A DNA stretch of 63,945 bases, the filler included, from Craspedostauros australis (taxonomy: Eukaryota), in assembly GCA_030167865.1 (NCBI GenBank). It is 17 parts of 17 records of this genome, joined end to end, with 100 filler letters (N's around TTAATTAATTAA, not from the genome) between each part and the next. Parts side by side here need not be neighbours in the genome. Positions count along the whole stretch, not along the records: positions 1 to 19,428 come from JALAGF010000815.1; 16 more parts are not named here. The stretch is one strand, 5' to 3'. How positions within the stretch are numbered: position 1 is the stretch's first letter; every line of letters starts with the position of its first letter. The position numbers and the translations under genes were made by a program. This document shows, in pieces, positions 1 to 9,013 of this stretch. The notes beneath the pieces are model-generated. The model saw nothing but the letters and a program-made list of their open reading frames with translations, did no database searches and had not been told where the DNA came from.

Positions 1-84
1 TTTTTCTCTGGCTCTGCGTCGTTTTGCGCCTTTGGGTCATTACGTGCGACGGACGGATGCTGACGATTGGCCAGTGCACCAACA
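1..84 (-). repeat. 3' LTR (partial) of Copia element 1
   Basis: 84/84 identity to 5114-5197; ends ...ACCAACA on the + strand. Confidence 0.95.
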
Positions 85-3000
85 CACTCCTGTGATGCCA
101 ATAGAGCTTCCTTGTATGTCTTTGGCCTGTTGGCATCATATGCGTTTCGATTTAGGATGGCGTCCCTGAATGCCCTGAATTTGGATCCCTGGAGCGGCTT
201 CGTGAAGAAGTCGCCGATCATATCATCGGTAGGGCAGTATTTGACTCTGATCTCATTTCTGCTGATGCGGTCGTGAACGAAGAAGTATCGCATGCTGATG
301 TGTCTGGTCCTTTTTCCGCTTGACTTGCGCCCGTTGTTTTCCAGCAGCATTGCGCTCTGGTTGTCTTGGTGAAGGGTGGATGGCTCGGTCTTGATCCCCT
401 GTTCCTGTAGGAAATACCTTGTCCACAGCACCTGTGGCATCACATCATCGACAGCGACAAGCTCCGCTTCTGTCGAACTTTTGGTGTTGAGCTTTTGCTT
501 GGATGATGTGGAGTAGATGGCGCCTGCTCCGGTGGACATGTGCGCCCCCGTGTGGCTCCGCATGTCGTTGTGGACGCCGAACGCACCGTCTACCCACCAC
601 TGTGTGTCCTCCAGGCTGGATCCACCAAGGGTGAGTGTCATGTCTTGCGTCGCTCGTAGGTATTTGATCGTGCGAGCAAGCTTCTTGTAGTCGTCTTCAT
701 CTGGGCTTTTGACCCTGGTACAGAGGAAGGACACAGCAGTTTGGATATCTGGTCTTGCGCGCTTGCTCAGGAAGAGGAGTTTGGCAACGATGTGGTGGAA
801 GAGGTCCTTGGTGTCTTCGTCGAGTGCCTTTGGGTTTTCGTGGTTGATGTCGAAGAGATGGTTGGCTGCAGGCGTGACTGCATGTCCTCCCATGTTTGCT
901 GGCACTCCTGCAAGAATACCACTGATGTATTCTGACATGTCGATTCTCACATGTCCTGGTTGTGTGTAGTCAAGCAACATGCCAAGGTAGTCATGCTGCT
1001 TGCCGCACTTGACGGTGAGCGGAGTTCGTTTTCCGTACGCCACATTCAGCATCTTGATTACATCGTCAACCACCGATGGGTCCACATGTGAGATTTTCAA
1101 ATCGTCAACATGCCATACGATGGTGCATTGTTTCCCTTTCACTGACTTGTTGGCCACACACCAGTCATACGGATTGATGGTGAAGCCGTCAGCAACAAGG
1201 GTGGCGGTGAGATCCTTCCACCACTGTAGTGCCGCCTTCAACGTTCCATACAGCGCGCGCGTGAGTTTCACGTATATTGCCGATTGTCCCCTCTTCTTGT
1301 GCACATATTCTTCGTACACTTCGGGTGCCACCTTGGCGAGCAGCTCAGCCATCCTTCCTTCAATCAGCACGTGCACGATGTCTCCGTCGTCGAACTTGGT
1401 TTGCAGAAATGCGCCTGGCACATCCACTGTTGCAACGTCACGGTTCTCATGGGCATCGGTGACGCAAGTGAGCATGAGCCCAAGGAGAGACACAGTGGGA
1501 GAGCTGGTCTCTTCCTTGGTCATGTATAGTCGTTGTTTCCTGCCATCAGCGCAACCACGACCCTTGATGACGCCGTTGCGTTTCTCTTTCAGGTACATCA
1601 GGTAGCGCAGAGCCTTGCAACGTTCATCATGAGAGAGCTCGTGCCAGTGTTTGGGTTCGAACCCTTCCATTTCGTGGACCTGCTGCAATTCCTTGCTGAT
1701 GGCGTCTTCGCCGCGTTCATGAAATTGTCGGAGCCCTTGCTTCCAGTTCATCTGTTCAGTGACGAACGTGCATGCTTCAATGTGGTTGTGTGTTTCATTG
1801 TTTGCATCTTCGGATAGGATTGTGATGGTAGCATGTGTGTCTCCACGACCGGTGTGATGCAGTTCGCTGTAGTCAATGCGTGGTCCCCGTCTCGTGGTCA
1901 TGGGGTGTGTTGATGTCTGTTCTGGCGGCTGATGCGCATCGGGTTGTCCATTTCCAGCCTCGATATTCTCCTCGTCTGCCAGTTGTGGTGCATCATCAAT
2001 GATTAGTGGCAGGTCCGCAATGATCGGTGGCAGGACATTTGCATCCTCAACACCATTATTGCTGTCGCCATCATCATCATCATTGCCGTCGCTGTCATCT
2101 GAGCTGCCATCCGATTCGGTTCCGTTGGATGCCTCCGATTCGCTGTCGCTGCTCCCATCATCGCCGTCCTCGTCGTCGAGGCTGTCTTCGTCCGTGTCCT
2201 CGCTTGATTCTGATTCGCTGTCGGATTCACTGTCACTATCGCTGTCACTGTCACTGTCGTCATCATCATCATCTTCATCATGGACAGGGTACAGCTCCAC
2301 ACCGCGCTGATAGGAGAACTTCAGGGTTTGATTCGTTTTTGCACGTTTCGCCATGCCATGGACATGGTCGATGACGGATTGGGGCATGGGTACTTCCGTC
2401 CACGATCTGCGGTGTAGTCGCATGCCAGTCTCCAGACTGATGAAGAGATAACCACCTTGGTCGTTTCCTGACGGCCTGACTGCGATAGCACCGACGGTTC
2501 GTGGCTGCATTGTGTTGTCATGCTGCTCGTGCGTTTGCACATAGCTGCCGAATTCAAGACGACAGTGTGCATTGTAATTCAGCTTGCGGCCCACGACTAT
2601 TTCCGATGGGCTCATTCGCTTGCTGACCCCGTTCTGATGAGGGAACATGTTGAGCCAATACACAGCATGATGTACCATCTCGATGATGAGGATGGGCGGG
2701 TAGTGTTTGAATGGAAGTGCGTGATACGTAGATCGCACGCGTTCCTTGATGGTTCGGATGTACCGTTCCACTTCTGGTACGTGTTCGTCCCGCGATGTCA
2801 CATTCACTCCAACACCTCGCTCGGCCAGTTCGCCACGTAGGGATTCGAATTGGTTGTCTGCCATGATGATTGTGACACGGAACCCTCGCTGCTTGTAGAG
2901 TTGGATGATGTTGTGGAATTGTTTGGTGAGGACTGTGTTTGATGCAGAATCGAGTTTTGCGACTGTGCCGAACTTGATGTGCTTGGCGATGGAGACCAGG

Positions 3001-4910
3001 AACTTGATGCCATTGACAACCATGATGTCGACTGACAATTGTACGTTGCGATATTGCTGCATGATGTTCGCAGGAATCTGTGCGATCTCCGCTCGTACGG
3101 CTGGAGACACGTGTCTCACTGTTTTCCCTTTCATGGAAGCCACGTCTGGACCAAAAATGAGGTCAGCAGTTCGAATGTCCTTGGCGGTGATAGGACAGTC
3201 AGGGATCATGCCGTTGCGAACATATCTGATGAAAGTACGCGACGTGGGGCGACCAATACGCTGTTGTAGGGACCTGGCCAGTTTGGCCTGCGAATAGTCA
3301 AAAGACGAGAAGCTATTGCGGTTATCAGCTACTGTGTTGACCATGGTTGTTTCGTGGAGGTTGTTGGTGCTGCTGGTATCAAGGTAGAAAAGACCACCTG
3401 GGGATTCCTGGAAGGATTGCATGGACCCATCTTGTTTGTGCACTGTGAAGCGGTTGGTTCCAGTGCTGTCGTAGGTGACACGGAATCGACCCTTCACCTT
3501 GCTGAGGGAGAGGATGTTGGCGACCCCGTCTGGGTGATACCAGACATCCCCGTATCCTGGAAGAGTGCCGCGTTGATTGGTGGTGGCAGTCCCTGCATTG
3601 CAGTGGATGGTGAGACTGTTCTCAAGGGTGTGGATGTCCTTGAGGAGACGTCCGTTGCTGAAGACATCAACTGTCGACTGGTTGTCGAGGAGGATCCAGT
3701 TCCTTGGGATGATGTTGGTTGCCTGGTTGAGTGTGTGGCTTGTGTGTTCATCCAGGTGCGCATGTAGGAACACGAAGTCGTCATCGTTGTATCCATCATC
3801 AGCGTGCACAAGGACAGTGCCGTCACTGTGATACTTCGCATGACATTGATCCAGTGTGTGGTTGGTGCGGCCACATCGAGTGCATGCCTCTTTTCCACCT
3901 GGGTTGTTCGCGTTCACAAACGCCATGCCTGTGTCTTTTGGTGTGCTGATGCCCGGTACATTCCTTGGGTCCTTCGACCAGTGGCTGAGCATGGTGAGTG
4001 CTGCCACAAGTGTCTTGGGATACTGGTCATTGCCTTTGACCTGTTCATTGTGGAGGTCCTCGATGAGGGAACCAAACCTGCGGCGGTCGGAGCCCAGGAT
4101 GAAGAGTACAGAAAGGAATCGCTGTCTGCCGTCGGCCTTGAGCACCTTCTTTTGCGCTGTGTTTGGGTTGTCGATGCCACGCTCCTTGGCGATGGCATTA
4201 ATGATGCATTCCACGTGTGTGATGGAGGTTTCGACCGTGTCGTTCACATCGGCGAGGTTGACAAACGATTCGTAGTAGTCTTGGACGGTCTGTCGGTGCT
4301 TCTGACGAAGTCCCATAAGCTCCTGCATGATCATGCATGCGGCCACTGTTCCTTGTTCGTGTGTCTGGTAGTTGAAGACGACGCCTTTGATGATCTTGAT
4401 GAGTGCGGCGGTGTCTCGTGTGGTGGATGTTGTGGTGTAGTTGTCGGATTCCTGGATACGTGTCCGCATGATGTCGGAACACTGTCCCCAGATGACCGCG
4501 TACATCTTCTGATAGTCGGTCTCGGCGTTGGTGAGGCGCGTGGTATAGAGTGCATAGCGTCTCTTCCACTTGTCCTTCTCGATCTCAGATGCTCCTTCTG
4601 CATAGTCCTCAGGCTCTGTGATGGAGGGTGCTTCCATGTTCTCCACTGCCATGCTCACAACCGGTCCGTACTGTGTTCCAGCATAGTTGGTGATGGCTTC
4701 GATGGTCTTTGTGAATTCGTCCACCTGCTTGGCACGTACGGCAGCACAGTCAAAGACATAGCCCTTGAGCTCGGGGCACACCCCTTCGAACTTGGCTGGC
4801 TTGACGAACGGATGGTTGCGATGTCCACGGTTGGGTTTGTTGTTGTTGTTGTTGGCGACGCCTTCTGCCTTCGGCTTCGTTGGCGCTGCCGGCTTCTTGT
4901 CGGTGCTCAT
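1..4910 (-). CDS. Gag-Pol polyprotein, single frame, 3' end outside the window
   Basis: ATG at 4910 (MSTDKKPAAP). Motifs: CTRCGRTNHTLDQC zinc knuckle, ILLDNQSTVDVF protease, RDEHVPEVER integrase, WHVDDL RT, RHISMRYFFVHDR...DFFTKPLQG RNase H. The RNase H end is in the same frame as the ATG and has no stop before base 1. The ORF track lists no closed ORF in this frame, consistent with no internal stop. Confidence 0.93.
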   Translation of the reverse strand, partial: MSTDKKPAAPTKPKAEGVANNNNNKPNRGHRNHPFVKPAKFEGVCPELKGYVFDCAAVRAKQVDEFTKTIEAITNYAGTQYGPVVSMAVENMEAPSITEPEDYAEGASEIEKDKWKRRYALYTTRLTNAETDYQKMYAVIWGQCSDIMRTRIQESDNYTTTSTTRDTAALIKIIKGVVFNYQTHEQGTVAACMIMQELMGLRQKHRQTVQDYYESFVNLADVNDTVETSITHVECIINAIAKERGIDNPNTAQKKVLKADGRQRFLSVLFILGSDRRRFGSLIEDLHNEQVKGNDQYPKTLVAALTMLSHWSKDPRNVPGISTPKDTGMAFVNANNPGGKEACTRCGRTNHTLDQCHAKYHSDGTVLVHADDGYNDDDFVFLHAHLDEHTSHTLNQATNIIPRNWILLDNQSTVDVFSNGRLLKDIHTLENSLTIHCNAGTATTNQRGTLPGYGDVWYHPDGVANILSLSKVKGRFRVTYDSTGTNRFTVHKQDGSMQSFQESPGGLFYLDTSSTNNLHETTMVNTVADNRNSFSSFDYSQAKLARSLQQRIGRPTSRTFIRYVRNGMIPDCPITAKDIRTADLIFGPDVASMKGKTVRHVSPAVRAEIAQIPANIMQQYRNVQLSVDIMVVNGIKFLVSIAKHIKFGTVAKLDSASNTVLTKQFHNIIQLYKQRGFRVTIIMADNQFESLRGELAERGVGVNVTSRDEHVPEVERYIRTIKERVRSTYHALPFKHYPPILIIEMVHHAVYWLNMFPHQNGVSKRMSPSEIVVGRKLNYNAHCRLEFGSYVQTHEQHDNTMQPRTVGAIAVRPSGNDQGGYLFISLETGMRLHRRSWTEVPMPQSVIDHVHGMAKRAKTNQTLKFSYQRGVELYPVHDEDDDDDDSDSDSDSDSESDSESESSEDTDEDSLDDEDGDDGSSDSESEASNGTESDGSSDDSDGNDDDDGDSNNGVEDANVLPPIIADLPLIIDDAPQLADEENIEAGNGQPDAHQPPEQTSTHPMTTRRGPRIDYSELHHTGRGDTHATITILSEDANNETHNHIEACTFVTEQMNWKQGLRQFHERGEDAISKELQQVHEMEGFEPKHWHELSHDERCKALRYLMYLKEKRNGVIKGRGCADGRKQRLYMTKEETSSPTVSLLGLMLTCVTDAHENRDVATVDVPGAFLQTKFDDGDIVHVLIEGRMAELLAKVAPEVYEEYVHKKRGQSAIYVKLTRALYGTLKAALQWWKDLTATLVADGFTINPYDWCVANKSVKGKQCTIVWHVDDLKISHVDPSVVDDVIKMLNVAYGKRTPLTVKCGKQHDYLGMLLDYTQPGHVRIDMSEYISGILAGVPANMGGHAVTPAANHLFDINHENPKALDEDTKDLFHHIVAKLLFLSKRARPDIQTAVSFLCTRVKSPDEDDYKKLARTIKYLRATQDMTLTLGGSSLEDTQWWVDGAFGVHNDMRSHTGAHMSTGAGAIYSTSSKQKLNTKSSTEAELVAVDDVMPQVLWTRYFLQEQGIKTEPSTLHQDNQSAMLLENNGRKSSGKRTRHISMRYFFVHDRISRNEIRVKYCPTDDMIGDFFTKPLQGSKFRAFRDAILNRNAYDANRPKTYKEALLASQECVGALANRQHPSVARNDPKAQNDAEPEK

Positions 4911-5006
4911 CGTTGTGATAGAGCTGAATCAAACAAACAGTATGTTGATACAACAGTTCAGTGTCGGTCCCCTACCCAGCTATAAGCTGAAGGGTGGAAC
5001 CAGAGC

Positions 5007-5197
5007 TGATGCTGTGTGATGTCAATGCTGTGTAATTCGATCGGATACTGTTTGTTTGATTTTATGAGTGGTCTGTGTTGGTTTTGGTTTGGCTGTTTTC
5101 TGCGTTCGTTGTGTTTTTCTCTGGCTCTGCGTCGTTTTGCGCCTTTGGGTCATTACGTGCGACGGACGGATGCTGACGATTGGCCAGTGCACCAACA
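5007..5197 (-). repeat. 5' LTR (~191 bp) of Copia element 1
   Basis: Outer end (5197) is fixed by identity with 1-84. Inner end is inferred from TG...CA termini and from alignment of ATCACACAG..CA with the related LTR at 52718-52942. Confidence 0.85.
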
Positions 5198-6023
5198 GAC
5201 ATTGCCCTCTCGTATGAGCAGATCGTATAATACGTCTTCGTATGTTGGGATTGTGTCGTGGAGATGGACACGAACATGGAGTGTGGTCGTTGATCTCAAC
5301 AAGCGGCGGGTGGTTTGCGACGTGGCAGTACTCGCAGAGAGCAGTCGTGACGACCACTGTCGATGATGCGTTGTGGTTGTTTGGGTTCGGAAAACGAAAC
5401 GAATGATGGTGGCATGGAACAAGATCAGTTTGGAACAACTTCGTCGTTTGATGGATCGTGACTGATCGGTATCGGAGTCATGGTTCTTCCTTGCGAACGC
5501 GCGCTCGACTCGACTGACCAACAATCTATTCCCGTATTATTTGACTGATATTGATTGGACAGAATACGTCATGAAGAGAAGAAACGTGCGTATCCTGGGA
5601 GTTCAACAAATGTGAAGACGAGAGTGATGGTTGTCACTTTGTCAGCGTGAAAACGCGCCTTGTTGCTGTTGTCGTTGCCGTTGTCGTTGTCGTCGTCACC
5701 GTTTTCTCCTTTGTGACTTCGTTCGTTCGTCCGTCTTTGTTGTTGGGTGTTGAGTGTTGGGTGTTGGATGGGGGTTTGGTTGGTGGGATGCTGTCCTCGC
5801 GATCTTTGTGTGTAGTGTTGCGTTGGGCATGGTGGCCATCGTCGCGTGCTGGTCTTCGTCTCTCTCTCTCCCTCTCTTCGACCGTCTCCAACACCACCGT
5901 CGCCTCCCCAGTCGTGACCATCACCCTCTGCCGCACACATCCTCAACAGTAGGTACGCCATAACGCCACAACCTCAACAACGCCTCACCAACACACACAC
6001 CAACACACACCAACACAGCAAGT

Positions 6024-6791
6024 ATGAAGCTCTCCCTCGCCCTTCTCGCCCTCGTCAGCGGAGCCTCCGCCTTCGCCCCACACGCCAATGTCGCGTCCCG
6101 CGCATCCATGCTCTCCATGAGCGAGGAGGCCGCCGCCGTTGAGGCCGAGGTGGAAGCCGAGCCAGAACCAGAACCAGTGGTCGAGGCCGCTCCGGTCGCC
6201 GCCGCCAAGGTCGCCCCAGCCATCGTCGGCGCCATCCCAACCACCAAGAAGGGAGAGAGCCTGTTCCTGGGAGAGAACTGGTGGAACAAGATCACCACCG
6301 AGTGGGGCTCCGCCGAGACCGGAACCTTCGTGCGCGCCGCCGAGCTGAAGCACGGACGCTCCGCCATGATCGCCACCGTGGGCTACGCCTTCCAGAAGCT
6401 GGGCATCACGTTCGACAACATCTCCGTGCACGAGTACCTGAGCGTGACCGAGAACGTGAAGTTCGCCGACCTGGCCGCCATGACCCCAGCCGAGGCCATC
6501 AAGGCCGTGCCGGACGCCGGGCTCGCCCAGATGTTCTGCGCCATCGCCCTCGTGGAGTTCTACGAGCTGACCCACGCCAATGGCAAGGTCGCCTACGACG
6601 AGACCGTCGCTCCTGGACTCCAGCCAGGCGGCCTCACCGGAGACCTCGGATGGAACCCGCTGGGCATCGAGGTCACCGAGCGCCGCCAGCTGGTTGAGCT
6701 CCAGAACGGACGCGCCGCCATGATCGCCATCTTCGCCTGGGTCTCCGCCGACGCCATCCCAGGATCCGTCCCGCTTCCCCTTCCTTGGTAA
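6024..6791 (+). CDS. Fucoxanthin-chlorophyll a/c light-harvesting protein (LHC family, probably Lhcq-type)
   Basis: Signal peptide plus ASAFAP plastid motif; helix-1 ELKHGRSAMIA and helix-3 ELQNGRAAMIA chlorophyll-binding motifs; C-terminal PGSVP; very strong GC3 codon bias. Confidence 0.96.
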   Translation: MKLSLALLALVSGASAFAPHANVASRASMLSMSEEAAAVEAEVEAEPEPEPVVEAAPVAAAKVAPAIVGAIPTTKKGESLFLGENWWNKITTEWGSAETGTFVRAAELKHGRSAMIATVGYAFQKLGITFDNISVHEYLSVTENVKFADLAAMTPAEAIKAVPDAGLAQMFCAIALVEFYELTHANGKVAYDETVAPGLQPGGLTGDLGWNPLGIEVTERRQLVELQNGRAAMIAIFAWVSADAIPGSVPLPLPW

Positions 6792-9013
6792 ATACTATAC
6801 TGCGCTCTGCGGTACATGGTGCTTGCATCCTGCGCACTCGTAGGTGGTCTGTCGCTGCGTGGAGGGCTCTTGAGCGCTGCTCTTGAGCACTGCTCGCACA
6901 ACTCGTACTTCTGGTTGAGTGAAATCCTGTGCAGCGCATGCACTCGCACGAGTGAGCGAGAGCGGATGTGGGAGAATGAACGAGAATCGTTGGGCAATCG
7001 GCACAAGGCAAGCTAGCTCGTCAGCCGGTCGTTGGATCCTGAGGAGTGGCATGCATTCCTTCGGCCCATCGACCTGGCTGGCGAATGCGCAACCATCGAA
7101 GGAAGGATGCTCTTTGCCAGACGGAACAATGCGCGGAGAACTCGGGGCTGAACATCAACATCATGCTTCCACTCTGTTACCATACCAAATGCCAATCCAA
7201 TGCACAACTTCGCACCGCCAAACTGCGCTCCACACAACATCATCATCATCATCATTGGCTACCGCTGAATTGACAAAGAAACCAATTGTAAAAAGAAAAA
7301 CCCGCATTATTCCGTCAACATCAGCTTCATCTGTATCTTCTCTCTTCTGTTTTGATTACTGTGTGCATACGACCAACGTGTTGCAATAACCATCTGTGCC
7401 CTGTCATCCATGCTAGGTACACAGTATCGTGATGGAAGCGACACAGATAGAAGAGGACAGAGGAACGCCTTTGCCACAATGATGAAACGTTGGGATTGGA
7501 GGAGTTGCAGGTCCTCCGCTCCTGTTTTGGGATGGCATTGTTGTGTTTGCCCTCATCAAACTACGAACCGGAAGCCAACGACGTCTAGTCGTTTGTTTGA
7601 TGATGTAGTATATCGTGATTCGTTATTCGTGAATTGAAATATGTACTTACATAGGCCTCACATGAAGACAGTCCCACAAAATGTCTCCTCCACATCCACC
7701 AACGCAGCGACCATGACCGAGAAGCCGTCCACGATGACGCGGCATCTTGCGTGGAGAGGCCGTTTTGTTGCGCATTGTGCCCGTCTCTTTCCGGAAAGAC
7801 CAAAGACTTCTTGGTGCTGTGCAGTTGTGTGGCGTCCTTCGCTTGCGTTCCACCAACACACAACGAGCCGCATCACATCACATCGCATTGCACTGCATTG
7901 CATCGGCTTTGGCGTTCGTGCTGCAGCAACGCCAAGCACAGTAGAGTAGAGCGGAGCGGAAGAGAGTGGAAGAGAGTGGAGCAGAGCAGAGCAAAGGAAG
8001 GCAGACAACGAACCACGCAAGGCACCGTTCTTGGGGGGACGTCCGCTGGAGAGAGGGGAAGGATTGAAGGAGTTCGAGCCAAGGGCCGCCACCATCTGGG
8101 ACATTCAGTCGGTCGACTTGCCCACTCTCCGCCACTTCCATTGCCTCACCAAGAGGAATAGGGTTAGGAATAGGGTTATACCACCGCACAGCACGGCACC
8201 GCGCCAAACGATTGGCGGAGTATCGAATATCGTAGGAGCATCCCACAAGGCAGAGAAACGGAGCTCATCGTGGCTGCGCTTACCATACGAATAGGCCGTA
8301 CGACTGCGCTGCTCCCATTGGGCGCTGAGACAGTCAGGAGGTCCATCACCGCCCAACCTTCAATCGACTTCGCTTGGATCGGGTTGAATCAGGTTGAGTT
8401 GGGAAGAGTTGACTTGAGGTGCCTCCATTTGTTATTGGGTTCTGTTGGTGCTTTACCACACAGTTGGGTTGCTTTGGGGTCACATTGGGATCACATTGGG
8501 CCTCATCAAGTGCAAGCAAAGCGAGGTGAAGCAGATTAGAGCAAAGCAACGCAACGCAATTCAGGTTCATTCAAGTCCATTCAAGTCGAGCATTGCCCAG
8601 CCAAGTCAAGTCAAATCAGAAGAAAACAAACAGAAGGCAACGTCTGCTGCAACGCACAAAGTAGCTACGCGCCAACCTCGCAAAGCATGGTCTGTCACTT
8701 CTTACGATCATTCCAAAAGTCGAAAGCACCATCTTCCACCTCGTCATCACTGTCCTCATCATCTTCGGCATCTTCATCTTCTTCGTCGGCAACCCCAGCA
8801 GAGACGTCAGGACAAACCCGTCGACTAGTCCTACCTAAAGCATCCAAATCATCGTCCAAGCCATCATCCAAGCCATCATCAAAGCCATTCAAAACGAATG
8901 CATCGTTCCATCACACTGCAAAGCCACCACGACAAGCCAAGAGACCTACATCTGCAACAAAGCCAACGTCAACGCCAACGCCAAATACAACGAACATCCT
9001 AGTACATAGCAAC

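Larger units (their letters stand above)
1..5197 (-). mobile_element. Intact Ty1/Copia LTR retrotransposon (CoDi-like); 3' LTR cut by the window edge
   Basis: 1-84 is identical to 5114-5197. Both LTR copies start TGTTGG on the minus strand. A purine-rich tract (ACAGGAGTG) precedes the 3' LTR. Domain order gag-PR-IN-RT-RH is Copia type. Confidence 0.96.

Noticed and set aside
3804..4985. 393-aa + strand ORF and other ORFs antisense to the Copia gag-pol
   Set aside because: Antisense shadows of a codon-biased coding strand, with no motifs.
4995..5130. 9-bp complementarity (one G-U) between the post-LTR sequence and the LTR interior, suggesting Tf1-like self-priming
   Set aside because: Only ~6 bp in the related element and the TSS is unknown; too weak to claim.
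8687..9013. 109-codon N-terminal extension of the DPP ORF
   Set aside because: Low-complexity C/A-rich sequence typical of 5' UTRs; ATG 9014 is preferred but not proven.
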